Origin: Calcarisporiella thermophila CBS 279.70
Taxonomy: Eukaryota > Fungi > Calcarisporiellomycota
DNA length: 64,000 nt
Direction: 5' to 3'
Assembly: GCF_041956535.1 (NCBI RefSeq)
Contig: NW_027192197.1
Coordinates: 259,829 to 323,828, forward strand
The notes under the pieces are model-generated. The model worked only from the letters and a program-made list of their open reading frames with translations, made no database searches and had not been told where the DNA came from. Below, in pieces: positions 23,814 through 37,356 of the stretch. The translations under genes and the position numbers were made by a program. The number at the start of each line of letters is the position of its first letter. Within the stretch, counting starts at the first letter, position 1.

Positions 23814-24620
23814 ATGGCAGCTTTGAACCTTCCCGCCGACGTGGTGGCCGAGCACACCGGCGTCCGCCTCTTCAACAAGTGGTCGTTTGAGGAAGTGGAG
23901 ATCAAGGATATCTCCCTCACGGACTATATCCAGATCCGCAACCCCGTGTACCTCCCCCACACCGCTGGTCGTTACTCCGTGAAGCGCTTCCGTAAGGCTC
24001 AGGTTGGTTCCATTCCTGAATCCTTCGGCCCATCGATTTGTTCCTGACTTTATTTTCTCTCCTACCAGTGCCCCATTGTTGAGCGTCTCACCAACTCTCT
24101 CATGATGCACGGTCGCAACAACGGAAAGAAGCTGATGGCCACTCGCATCGTCAAGCACTCTTTCGAGATCATCCATCTCCTTACCGACCAGAACCCCGTT
24201 CAGGTGTTCGTTGACGCCGTCATCAACACTGGACCCCGTGAAGACTCGACCCGCATTGGTTCTGCTGGTACTGTCCGTCGCCAGGCTGTTGATGTGTCCC
24301 CATTGCGCCGTGTGAACCAGGCCATCGCACTTATGACCATTGGTGCTCGCGAGGCCGCATTCCGCAACGTCAAGTCGATCGCCGAGTGCTTGGCTGAAGA
24401 GATCATCAATGCCGCAAAGGTATATTGTTGTGGTGTGGCCGCTTATTTTGAGGGATGTCTAAACTCATTCATTCTCCAATAGGGCTCTTCCAACTCCTAT
24501 GCTATCAAGAAGAAGGACGAGTTGGAGCGTGTTGCTAAATCGTATGTATCCCTGCTGAACTCGTTCCATTTGGATTTATTCCCGGCTAACTGGCTCTTTC
24601 CTTTTCATAGCAACCGTTAA
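23814..24620 (+). CDS. RPS5: 40S ribosomal protein S5 (uS7)
   Basis: RFRKAQ|[47 protein letters not shown], |[22 protein letters not shown]. Four coding exons and a probable 5'UTR intron at about 23596-23761. Confidence 0.98.
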
Positions 24621-25055
24621 GGGGTCGTTCATTGGGGAGTGGTGTATGTCCCGGGGCCGCACACTCTTTGTCCGTTTCAATGCTTTGCTTTCTCTTTTTT
24701 GTGAAAACCTTTTTACCTTTCTCTTTTGCAGAGGTGTAGAGAAAAATAAATTTGTTCTTTATCCGACCCTTGGTTCAATACGAAAATTTCAGTAGACATG
24801 ACGCAGAACGATCTTTGGAACGTATATATCCTTTATCAGAACGAGGTTTCGAGGCTTGTGCAGCAATTCGCAATTTTTTCATACTTACTTATCTCCAGTG
24901 CGGAGTATTTTGGATTTTATCTCTTGGCCACTCTGGTTTCCTGTATTTTTTTTTTGCTCTGGTTTTTACTTTTTGCTTTTTCATTCTTTCACAAGAGTTT
25001 TTCCCTATCTATTCCTCCCCTCTTCTTAACTGTGAATCAACCCGAACTAAAAAAA

Positions 25056-25932
25056 ATGGCCGCATCTCAGACCCAGCCGAAGCAACTCCCCCCCTTTGTC
25101 GCTAATCTCCAGGCCAAACTTAATGAATGTTACAAGCAGCTCGATGTAGAGCTCGAGAAGAGCGCCTTCCTCAAGGACGTCGAAAAGAAGACCAACATCA
25201 ATAAGCGGCACCTTGTCACGGGCGCCGCCGCTGTTGCCGGTATTTTCATTTTCTTCAACATTGCCGGCGCCCTCATCTCCAACCTCATTGGCTATATTTA
25301 TCCTGGTGGAGTATTGCTTTCCATTTTAAGCTAACGTGCAAGGGACTAACGTGAGGTTGCTGTGTATTAGCCTATCGATCCTTCAAGGCTATTGAGTCGA
25401 AAGATTCTGCAGATGACATTCAATGGTATCCACCCTTTTATTCTGCGTCCTTAATACTCCACGCTCTTTCATGAGAACCATCTTATTAATATCGGTCTTT
25501 TATATCTTAGGCTTACCTATTGGACAGTGTTTGGTGTTTGCTCAATCATTGAGCAATTCACCGACACCATCTTGTACTGGCTTCCATTCTACGTATGGAT
25601 GCTGTTGTATTTCCTAGGGATGTAAAGATGTACGCTCACCCCGTCTATTCTCTTTCTATACTAGTTCCTATTCAAGACCATTTTTGTTCTTTGGCTAATC
25701 TTGCCGCAGTTCCGCGTAAGCTTTTAATTTATTGAAAAATTCCGGTTGGGAATTGATTATAAACATAAACAAACGTTCCCATTTTGCCTCTTAGGGAGCC
25801 AATGTTTTGTACACTCGCTTTCTGCGCAAGTTCTTCTTGGAAAACGAGAGCAGGATCGATAATGAGCTGAACAAATTGAGACGCAGTGCAGATCAAGCCC
25901 TCTCCGGCGAGAAGGGTGAGAAAGACAATTGA
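25056..25932 (+). CDS. YOP1: ER-shaping protein Yop1 (DP1/REEP/TB2 family)
   Basis: [35 protein letters not shown]...WLPF-YFLFKTIFVLWLILPQFR|GANVLYTRFL. Confidence 0.93.
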
Positions 25933-26094
25933 GCCGTTTGTCTCCTCAGCGTCTTCTCTCTTTTCTTGGTGTCTTTCGATTTCTTGCAAGTTTACTTTTT
26001 CCTTTGGTTTTGTTAAATATCAAGGTTTTGAGCGTATTTTTTTTAGTGTTCCTTAGTATCGAAAATGAAATCTAAATAATAAAATCATGTTGCA

Positions 26095-29000
26095 ATGGCG
26101 CATAGCCTCTTCCTTCCCCTGACTTGCCTCATCCATGCTCGCGATGTGGTGTTCGGAAATATTTGTCCTAGATTGCTCATTTGCTCTCTTCTTCATCCGC
26201 CGTCCATGCTAATTTTAAATCAATAACCCCCTGCACTTTGATGAAGCATGCAAGAAACAACATAGGCATACCATTTATCTATCCTTTCTCTCCAATCATT
26301 TGATTTGGTTCCTCCATGATTTTCCACTATAGCGACTCTACACTGTAGAACCAATAGGTTGCTGCCAATCTCTCCCCCCAGATATCTTATTAACCTCGAT
26401 GCTAGCATAATGAAATTTATTTTGCCTCGCTAGCCTGGCCATTGCGGCTTTCAAGGAAGTTACTAGCTTCGCTATTTCAAATTCAAGAAGAATTAAGAGC
26501 CTCAAAGGTCGTCTTCATACATTAGCCGTCATTCTAAGAGGAATTTAGGTTTCGTGTAACTCTTTCATTTCTCTCAAAGAGCTGCACTTCTCCATCCTCC
26601 ACTGAATCCCTGCTCATCCTAACAATTTCTCTGGGGAGCTGTGCCACACAATTTCATTCAAACGCGTTTAAATCTACTTCCCTCGCGTCCCTTTGCCCGT
26701 AACGTGCAGGACCAGGCAAATATCCTTCATATGTCCTGATTATCCTTTATTCTGTAAAGGCGAAAGGAATCAGGATGGAAAACACGACAATAGATAACGC
26801 ATCATGGCTAGAAAATATCCTCATTTCCATTAATTCCTCCGATCTCTACCAGGACATCCTCTCAACCGACTTGCTACACCGCCTTTTTCAGTGTATAGTC
26901 CATGATGCACGGCTTAAGATCCTCAATTCCATCGATGTCGAAGAGCTTGCTATGCTGGAGCGCAAGTTTGAAATGTCAATTCAGCGAGCCGAGTATCTGG
27001 ACGTGTTTGAGCTGGGACGCGTTTCAGCGGAGCCCCGACAGGGTTCAGCAAAGAAAAGCAGGAGGTCAAGTACGTCATTGAGTCCGGAGAACAGGGCAAA
27101 ACGGCAACGGTTTGAATCCACTTCCGATGAAAAGATCGAGGAAGTGGGTAGAGAAGGAGAGGAAATTAAGAATGGAACTGAGAGCTTGCCAGAGGAGGAT
27201 ACAGATTTAAAGATCCTGGCCCGGGTCTCCTCGAAGTTGGATCAAGTGCTTAATGGAGTCGAGGCAGCCATTTGTGCTTTTTTCCTGATGACCAGTGAGC
27301 GTTTAAGCAAACAAGTACTTACCTATGTTATTGCTTGAATTTTTAGAGTACATTAATTTATTTCATGCTCCTCGAATGGATCACTAGCTCTATCCAGAAG
27401 ATCTTATTATTGCTTCTCTAAATCTGATGAAATCACAGCTCGAGGGCATTGTATACCCGTTATTTGAATCGTATCCGGGCGTTGGGAGATCAGAAGGTAT
27501 TCACCATTCTTCTAATATCGAATCCTTAGAGTTGCTGATTCTTCGCGAATATCGACTCTAGATAATACTAGCAACACAAGCATCATGCTTAAGGCACTGG
27601 CCAACCCTCAATTAGCGCATTATATTGCACAGTTGACCCAACTGCTCACCATATTACTCCAGAAAGTCTATGATCTCATGCATTTGGAAGAGCTTTCCGA
27701 CCGGGTCATTATTTCAATTGGGTTTATCGCCATCGGCCCCTTTTTCATCGACGATTCAACGTGCGAAAATGGGTTCCTTAAGGAGCAGAAGACCCTGGAA
27801 CACTTGAAGCTGGTGGCCTTAGGACTGCTTCGATCTGTAAGTTTTTGTAGTTGGAGTAAAGTACCTGTGTTGATCTTGTTACGAATTCCTTTTAGATTTT
27901 CATCCGTTACCCAGAACAAAGGACATGGATATTGGAAGAAATCATGTGCTCCTTGATCAAATTGCCCAAAGTGAAGCGTAACCTTAGGAAATATACGTAA
28001 GCTTTACGGCTCCACTCGATTGCTTGTGTAGGGCTTTCTCAACTGATGTGAATCTCTGATGGTTCATTAGGCTTCCTGAGGGGAAATCTATACAAATGGT
28101 CTCGGCGCTTATATTGCAGCTAGTCCAGAGCTGTACGGAGGGTATTATGCGCACCTCGCTTTCACAAACTAGAAAGTCATTTTCTACCCTAAACGCGGAC
28201 GAAGAGGGGGACAAGGCGGGAGCTGAGCATCTTTTGCCTGAACATGCAGAAAAAGTAAAGCTTGAAACCATTAGTTCTACATGAAAAAAGTCGTTATTGA
28301 TGCCTCTGTTCACTATGGATTTAGTATGATCAACTCTGGAAATCTGGACTGGAGGCGGCCACTTCATGTGCTCGCTATGTTTTTCAGTTTTTCTTAACAA
28401 GGTAGCAGGGATATTGCCCTCGCATCTTCTCAAAGTGTACTAAGAATATTTTGCCTCTCCCCTCCCCCTCCCATCTTAAGGTGCTCTAAATCAAGCAAGT
28501 CCATGAATGAAACCGAGTATCGAGCACTGCTGGACAATTTTATAGAGGATGTGATTACGGTATTAAACTATCCGGAGTTTCCTGCGGCAGAGCTCTTCCT
28601 CAATATATTTGGGAAAATCATGGTATGCTCACCCTATTTATTCTTTTGTTCACCTCGATGCATGATTTTTTTTCTCACCCTAATCTCCGACAAAAGGTCA
28701 ACTACATCGATGACAAGAAAATAGATAATACATCCAAGGGAATGGCACTCGATTATCTTGGCACGATATGCAGCCGTATCAAAAAGTTCGATTTCACTGG
28801 ACCGCCTAAGGAGCCTGGCGCCTCTCCCCATCCCTCCGCAGTGAACCCCAGCAATGCTACACCACTTGCTTGGTTAGGCGAGGCTTACGACATCCCAATG
28901 GGAGAAATGACCGTCTCCTCTAATCACACCAAAGTGAAAAATTTGTGGGAGTGCCAGAATATAGTGTTGGATTTTCTGGAGTTTGCGGTCTCCCAAGATT

Positions 29001-32000
29001 CAGCTCTAAACGTACATTATTTATAATCCGACAAGGATTTTCCACCTGCCATTTAATGAAAGAAAATTGATATTTATTATTATGCATTTAGAGCGCTCGT
29101 TTTTTCCTCCTGTGCGAATGGGGTCATCAATACGTCAACGCCTGGAAGTATCTCGGCGAGAGCAAAGAAAATGAAGAGGTGACGGTTGAATCAAGGGAGA
29201 TCAAGAGAATGGTAGAGGGCGGTTTACAAGCCTTATGGAGGCGCTCCTCATACCACGTGTCCTTTAATCCACTAGAGGCGACGTACGCATCTAATATATT
29301 CTCGTACATATTATGTTGACACTGATGGTTGTTTTCCAATGGAAACAGGCGACCCAAATTCGAACGACCAAAAGTCGTGACCGTCGCTGAACTCTTGGCT
29401 GCTCGACAAGCTCTCTTCCAGAGCTTTGATTCCATGCTCTCTCGCATTCTTGTGTGCTTAGAATCAAGTGTGATAAATTTTCGAACAAAGGCCCTGCGCG
29501 CATTGGGCCAGGTAGTAATGTCCATGCCTGCCCTTCTCAACCAGGTAGGCTCAGGAGTGCCAAGAATCTACAAAGTCTATAGCTTTACCCATTGTTTGCT
29601 TCATTTTCACTAGGCCAGTGTTCGACAAGCTATCGGCAAAAGGTTCCAGGATAGCTCGGCAGCCGTGCGCGACGCTGCGATCGAGTTGGTCGGCAGGTAT
29701 CTTTCACAGCGTCGGGAGTTAACCCTTCACTTCTATAAGATCCTTAGCGAACGTATCTTGGTGAGTGGATGGGCTGTAAATAATTTCGTCGATCCTTGGC
29801 TAATGTTTCTTGGTGTCATCAAGGATACTGGCCCGAGTGTGCGGAAAAGAGTGATCAAGCTTCTTCGCGACATTTACATAAAAATCGAGGATCAAAACAT
29901 GATGGTTGATATAGCCTGCAAACTGCTCCCGAGAATAAACGATGAGGATATACACGTGAAGGTTGGTATATGAAGCGATATTTTGGATGCCCGAGTCCAT
30001 GTTTGATCGCCAATAACAAACTTCAACATGCCTTCCCCCCCCCCCCCAACATTAGGAGCTAGCCTTACGGACGTTTCAAGAAATCTGGTTCTCTCGTTTC
30101 TCGCCATCGAGTTTAGTCGAGTTTGGCGCAGAGAGGCGCGATATCGATTACACCGAAATGACGGATGAACGCAAAGAAGAGGTGCTTGAGAGATGCATGG
30201 CCATTGTTGGCGTTGCCGCTTCTCTCGGCCAATCGAGCAGCGAACTACTCTCCACCCTGATACGGCGAGTGCTCGCTAACACCGATGGCCGTCAGCGCGA
30301 CATATTTTTCCATGTGTGCCAATGTATTGTTGACTGTATGATAGATCAACTGGTTGGTGTAGATAGCATAGCAGAAATAGAGGATCCAAACACCAAGGTA
30401 AACGTGGAAATCTGGTTGAAGAGGCAATGGCTAGTCATTAACTTGTTGATCTCTCCACCCATCAAGAGCATCGTCATCAATTGTATCCACACACTCTACC
30501 TATTTTGTAAAGCTTGCCCCCGTTTGCTCTGTTATCCGAAAAACCACTATAAATCGCTCGGCGCGTTTCTCAAGCGATCGAAAGAGGTAATGCGCTTTTG
30601 CGCTCGTCCTTTGATTCTATCTTGGAAGATGGTTCTCATTTCTGTTCTCCCTTTGGTTGTAGCCCGAGGAACAAAAGGCCGTTCTGTGTATCCTAAAGAT
30701 TTACCAACAGGTCCTTGGGTCAATCACTAAACCGGATAGCCAGTTTTTTAAGCGCATCGAACAAGCATTAATTCAACTTCTCAACGATGGGCCGCAGACT
30801 GTAGGGTTTCTTGCTGTGCTTTGTTCTTGTCTTGGATTCTCGATGGCTAACCATGTATTCATTTCCAGATCTTGCTGGCAGCGGTGCACTGTCTCTGTAT
30901 TGTAGCTGATAAATTATTACGAGACTATTCACGTTTGATAAACATTTTCAGATACTGCATCGGTAAACTTCAGGCTTCGCTTGTCTTTTTGCTTGAGCTA
31001 TTTCCATGTTCTGATTCCCTCTTCATCCCCTCCTTCCCCCCTCTAGAGCAATTGGAGAAAGAAAAGCAGGCTCTGGTGGATGGGGAGTATATCAAGTCTC
31101 TGCGAATAGTCATGCGGACCCTCCTCATCGTCAGCTCCATATTCCAGCACTTGGACTTGGATAAATTGCGAGACGAGAATCCGGGTAGGTGTTTGCCTTT
31201 ATCATTGTATAGGTGAGCCCACGGTCACTGAATCTTTAATTGTTTTTTCAGATCAATTTCTTCCGATGGACACTATTCACAAGGTAAATGGGATACTCAT
31301 GTATCTGCTTGGCAATATGACATTGAACTCATGCATCGGTTTCGTGACATGATACCCAGGGGCCCTTGCTACCGAAGCTCTTTGACATCATCATCTCATT
31401 TGCCTCGGCCAATATCCACGAGACTGTCAAGGCAATCGCGATTCAAAGCTTGAGTAATAAGCCGCTTTCTCGACGTAACTGCACCACTCTTGGGTACTAA
31501 TTCTGTCATGTTAGGCTTCCTGTTTCAATCGCATCCAACCCTAATGCTCGAGGATCCGAGTAGAGAATTAATGAATCGAGTGTTCGAGAAAGAGTCTACC
31601 GAGTTGAAAATCCAGCTTCTAAAGGTGTATAACGAATACCTTGTCAGCGAAATGAGAAAAGCAGACCCGGAGAAAAAAGGTGGGGAGCATCTGTGACGGT
31701 GATTATTGGGAGAATTCCCGTTGACTGGGATGAAATATGTAATAGAATCGAAGGAGGACAGCTGGACCGATCTGAGTGTTCTTATGGGCGACGCGGATCA
31801 GATGGTGGAGGCAGGGTAGGTGGCGTTTCTGCCATATTGGCTGTACTCGACTGACTGCATCAAGGATGCTTGCATTCTCTACAGGGTGAGCACGTCGATT
31901 ATGCAGCTCTATCTTGATCAAATACTGGCATGTGTGTCCTCCCCCGACGCGAAACTCAAGGCTGCCGCGTTCGACGTCATGAGCCAAGTTGTGCAGCAGG

Positions 32001-33366
32001 GTCTCGCGCATCCCATTTTGGTGGGGATAAATAACTATTTTAACAGAGGTGCTAAGATGAAAAGCTCACGTGGGCGCTCTTTTTATCATTAGTGCGTTCC
32101 CACCATCACTGCTCTTGAAACAAGCCCCGAGGCCTACTTTAGGGAACAAGCGTTTCGCCTTCACTCCCACCTAAATTCAAAATACGGGGCAGTAATTCAT
32201 GTTCGGAATGTCGAGTGCGTCAAGGCCGCCTACGCCTACCAGAAACAAGTCCGGGACCCGCATCCTGTTTTGGGTGAGTTACAATGCATAACCACGGCTC
32301 TGTCAGCCTCGAGGATGGGCTGACCCCTCTCCCCCCCCCCCCCCTTGATATTTTCAACGACTAGGGTACATATTAAGAAATGGCTCTGCCGAGGCGCTGT
32401 TGAATCCGATATATTCACTCTTTAAAGATAAAAGACAGCGACGGAACGAATTCCTCTCGACCCTCATCAAAATCTTCGATATAGATGTGAAGCGATGCAA
32501 AGAGTCCAACGTAAGTGTTAAAGGGGTTGTTAGAGGCTGGTTGGACATTTGATAGATTGAGTTCGTCACAATTAGATTGACGCGGATTTCTGCCGGTTTG
32601 TGGCGGAAAACTTGGCCTCGCTCGACTATAAGGTCCACGAAGAGGTGCTCCATGTGATTCATGGGGTAACAAGGGTCATTTCCGTGACCGGGATCACCGT
32701 GTTGCAGGCCATTAATCAACGATGTATCTACGCTGGTCCGGCCATGTTGCCTGAAAGGGCCGAGGCTCACGGAGGCTCTCAGGGCTCTGATGGACCTGCA
32801 ATAGCGGAGGCGTCTCAAGTCTCGGCAAATGTGGGTGTTCCCCCCGAGATAAAAGGGCTGCGTGTTGAAGGGCGGGAAAATGGTAAGCAAGCAGACGGCC
32901 TAACTAAAGGGTAGAGATGTAACTTTTCTTTTCTCTTTGCTGTTACACTTGGCAGAACCGGTACTGTCGATCGTCGCTAAGGTCTCGGTTTGCATCACCA
33001 TGTTAGTGTATCTGAGGGAACACCTCAAGGCCCTCTATGGGCTGAATGAAGCGTAAGTAATTGGGCGGATAGCAATGGGATTCTCCTTGGCCTTCTAAAA
33101 CATGTATCCAATAGCAAATGCGAACAATTCAGCTCGGCAACGAGCTCTACCTTCAAAGATAAGCCTATCGCCCGACAGTCGAACACCTCGGCGGTTGTGT
33201 CGTGGGATCGTGCTCCTTATGTCACGAGACCATTGGCCGGCACCTCGGACATGGTCCAGCAGTGCTTTCTGGTACGGGCATGCCCGTCTTAACCTCTCTC
33301 GTCGCATGGATTAACTCGCCTCTATTTCATTGTTAGTTTCGCGAGCTGATGGCCACTTTCATATGA
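26095..33366 (+). CDS. SCC2: Cohesin loader Scc2/Mis4/NIPBL, many exons (start codon approximate)
   Basis: GKSIQMVSALILQLVQS, LNYPEFPAAELFL, FRTKALRALG, DSSAAVRDAAIELVG, DTGPSVRKRVIKLLRDI, QGLAHPIL|CVPTITALETSP, FVAENLASL, LKALYGL. Last exon read as FRELMATFI*. Confidence 0.92.
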
Positions 33367-33906
33367 GCTGCTTTACCCGTCTCGTTTTGGCAAAAACAAT
33401 CGCTTCAATATCCTTTTGGCCCGCCCCGTCAAATTGGGGAGGATTTCAACTGTACTCTTACCAGATCTATTTGCAAGAGATTGTCGCTTTTAATTATTTT
33501 TTTTTCTTTTGGGCTACTTCATATTTGTATTATATTTAATCCTTTGTCTTATAAACAACCCTTCTTTTGCACTCTGCAGCTAATGAAGACTCAGTCTTTG
33601 ATCCCACTTGAATGGGCCCAACGAGCCAAATCAACCTCTGTGCCAGCAACACTCCATAGAGGAACGCTGCTTTATGGCCTTGTTCGTAAGCATTGGCAGC
33701 ATTAAGAGGGCTTGCCGGCACTTTGATGGTTTTAGAGCGACAAAAGTCACATTCCGAAATTAGCAAAAATTGAAGCTATTTGTGGCTGGTGGGGCCCGCG
33801 ACCCCCTCTAATATTACAGTGGCAAACTATATTATCGATATGAAATACATTCTACAACTTTCCCTCGATTTTACACCTGTACTAGAAAAGAAGGGTTGTC
33901 GGAGCC

Positions 33907-36821
33907 TCAAACGTCGTCGAAGATCGAATCGGGGGCCGCTCTATTGTCTCTGCCATGCCGCCGCGAGCTCCGATTCTCCCGACTCCCCCGCCTGACGGTG
34001 GACGACAGCGAGGAGAGATTTTCTGAGGAGGGGTCCCGTCGCACCCGTTGCCAGAGATTCGAAAATGCGCTTTTGGCGCTGTCCAGCCGGTTCTTCGCGT
34101 TGCGCCGCAAAAACCCGCCCTGCTCCGTCTCGTCCTCGAGATCCTCCTCATCCCCGCTGTATCGTCTCCATGGCGATGTGGATCGAGACGATGGGTTGGA
34201 ATTTCCTGCCGGCGTGAAGGTAGGCGACTGATGCTGCGCCCCCGTTCTTGAAGAGAGAAGCTCGGATCGAAGCGAAGCAGCATCGTTGCAGTGCGCCGAG
34301 TTCTCGATGGCTATCCCACTGCGAGACGCCCGCTGATTCCGGCGAAGGCCATATTTTGAGCCGTAGATCTATTGTGGCCAATGGCTTAGTCAAGAGATAA
34401 CCACACTAAAAAAATGGTATCCAACGATGCAAACCTCAAAGTTTCGCTCGCTGCCCCTACTGCGCCGGGTTTGGCCCGTGTCCGCAGCATTCCCAGCTCC
34501 AGTGAGGCGGTGCTGGGCCTCGGCGACAAGGCGGCGCCCCTCCTGCTCCTCAGGGCTAATCCCCGCCTCTGAGGCCGTCGCCTCATCGTCGTCCTCATAG
34601 CTCTTGAGGTAGCCAGTGTCGAAGAATGAGAGGACCTTGGAGTGGATGTTGAAAAGCCGCACCGTGGCGGGCAGGAGTACAATCAATGGCATCCAATTAT
34701 TCAGGGTGGAGCCCAAAAAGGGGACAAGGTCGATGGCGCCCATGAACTAGTAGAAGCGATGGATGAATATGCATGCCACAATAAAAGCGGCTGTTTGATA
34801 TCTACCTTCCAAAAAACGGTTTGCTGGGCCTTTTCATTGATCATATTTAAATAATTATAGCATAAGGGTGCCCTAAAGCAGAAAAGAAAAATAGAGCTAA
34901 GGATGCCACGCCACTATATGCAGATCCTGTGTTTTGGTATCGGGACTTACGTTAACCGGCAAAGATAGGCTCCGCAAAACAGCAAGCTGACGGCATCCGT
35001 GTGATGGTTGGGAACCATCAGGTAGTAATTGAACACGCGGATTTTGAACAGGGCTGTATAGCTAGTGATGCACATGTAGGCAACGAAGATGATCGAAAGA
35101 ATCTATGTGGCGGCTTGAGTATTGGGCCAGATTCTCTTGAAAATGGTCGGCACCAACTCACCTCTACAATCCCGTACGCGAAATTCGCAGAGTTGATAAA
35201 GAGCCGCACGATGGAGAGCGCCGGGTTTAAGTTGAATGTCATTTCGGACCATATCAGCGCAACTGAGAGAAACCCGCAAAAACATGCCAGGCCGCGTTTG
35301 AAGAGTGGATGCAGCCGGATATACCACCACCATTCCAAGGCAGATCGCCACCGCGAAAAATCCGATCGAATAGAAGACACAAACACTCTAGGTATAAGAA
35401 TCTAGTCAGCACCACTCCGATGGGGAGAGAGAGTGAGGAGAAGGAATGCGAACTTTTCAGGATTCTCCGCACTGGACAAAATATCTTGCAAGTGGTAAGC
35501 TCTGTTCAGGAGCCCCGTCCAGAGCCTAGTAGAAAACATCGGTTAGCCCCCACTCTGTATTCACACGTCAAGTGGGAAGGAGCTGCAGTTACGCTTGGCA
35601 ACGGTCACGGATATTCAAGGCGCGTCGCATACGCCGATTTAGATTGGCCAAGTATTTCTCGTTAATCTCGCCGGGAATTTGCTCGCGAGCCACGTCGTCG
35701 TGTATGCGCGAGTCCATCGCCATTGGAAAGTTGCTCATCAAACGGTCGAGATGCAGACGTAGCGGATCTCCGTCATCAAGCTTGTTGGAAACTTGCAGAA
35801 GCTCCTATAAAACCAACCAAACACAAATAAGCACCAAAAGCTGGGAGACACAATCACAAATAAAAAAATTTTACGCTAGCAATATCAATCAGTTCTGCCT
35901 CGGCGTCCTCAAGTTCATCCTTCATCCGTGGTGCACGAATGTAGAGCTGTTTCAATTCGCGCTCAGTATTTGCCGACATCCAGAGCCGGCGAGGGACGTC
36001 TACAAGACCATACCCCATGAAAATGATCACCAAGAGTAAACCCCAGGTATTTGCCATGGCCATGACGAAGGCCAAGAGAGAGCCTCCATTTGCCCTGATA
36101 GTCAAAATAGGTGAATCCATACGGAACTCTAGCGCATAGAGAATGCCAGATTTCAGGAGTCTCTTGCGAAAATAAAAAATATTCTTACACTTTAGTCAAT
36201 GTCTGGGTAACCACAAGATAGATCAAACCGAAGATCCCCAACGCCAACATGGCACCAAAATGGAGGAGTTGATCCTTCAATGAGCGCACTAACCGCGTTA
36301 CAGTATTGAAATCGCCGCGATCGACAAAGGAGAGCGTGACTGGAATAACGAGCCTGAATTTCCCCCATGATTAACAAAGGGTGAATAGGATGCAGAAACG
36401 CTATGGCGTCTGATTTTTTAAAAAGAATAATAGGGATGAAAAATGCTCACCATGTTAAAAAAAATGAAATCCAATAGATAGTGCGCCAAGCAATTAGCAA
36501 AAACCCCTCGGAAACGAATGCAAACGGCTCACGACAAGATTCCATGCCGGATGACAGACATTGCCGATAAAGGCTCTAGAAATTAGAGGAGCGGTTTAAT
36601 CTACTTTTCAAAAACCAGATCGATGTTTTGTGCGCTGAGATGCTTACCGATGTGAGGTCGATGGGCAGCAGGAGACCAATGCTGAAGGGAAAAAAGAATG
36701 CAACAAAGGATATCAGCAGGACATACCACGGAAGCTTTCGCGAGTCGCCGTAATAGAAGATTAATGAAGCGACGAGCGCGACAAGCACAATGGAGCCCAC
36801 AATAAGTGGAACGGAAGACAT
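33907..36821 (-). CDS. LMBR1-domain membrane protein (LMBRD2-like)
   Basis: FFFPFSIGLLLPIDL, MAMANTWGLLLVIIFMGYGLVDVPRRLW, SVALIWSE, MGAIDLVPFLGSTLNNWMP, C-terminal SIFDDV*. Confidence 0.88.
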
Positions 36822-37356
36822 CAAAGATAAAATGGAAAGCTTTTTACAAAGAGGAACAGGATAATGGCGGTCAATGAATCCAACGGGAAAACATAAAAGA
36901 CGAGAGATCAGAATTCGTGTGCGTGAGAGGGATTAAGATCGCGTCGCTCGCTCGAGCGAATTGCTCCTATTTTCTTAGTATCCAAGAAATTTGCAGTGGA
37001 AAAAAATAATCTTTGGAAATTTTATTCGATGAAATGAGACTTATTAACGAGGATTATTAAATAGTATTTATCTTTTTGATCCACAAAAAGATGTAAGCAA
37101 AAAAAAAAAAAAAGAGGAGTGGAAAAAATAACAAACGACACTCAATTAATATAGTCCAAAGCTACGAAATGGGGATCCCATCGTAGGGAGGGAAACATGA
37201 AATATAAACATTTTAAAAAGGAAAAAAAAAAATAATAAAAAAAAAGGGGGGGGTTGAGGGGGGAATAGCGAGATATTGGTCATCAGAGCACAAAATATTG
37301 AAAGTCCCTGCACATTCCAAAGATAAATGGCATTTTAAATAGGGTTATATATCTCC

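Noticed and set aside
24752-25055. Hydrophobic upstream ORF extensions of YOP1, and similar Phe/Lys-rich ORFs at 615-812, 11391-11699 and 15837-16106
   Set aside because: These are translations of T-rich or A-rich UTR and promoter DNA.
25425-25510. YOP1 intron with GTATCC donor as a possible U12 intron
   Set aside because: The donor continues AC rather than TT, and the TCCTTAAT-like sequence is far from the acceptor.
33399-33421. ATCGCTTC...CCTTTTGGC resembling the U2 snRNA 5' end, containing a U12-type donor-like ATATCCTTT
   Set aside because: No GTGTAGTA branch-pairing sequence follows. There is no TCCTTAAC branch or AC acceptor, and it lies after the SCC2 stop.
33536-33766. Short ORFs on both strands and an acceptor-like CTGCAG between SCC2 and LMBRD2 (possible extra SCC2 exon ANEDSVFDPT)
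   Set aside because: No GT donor in the required phase and no recognisable homology.
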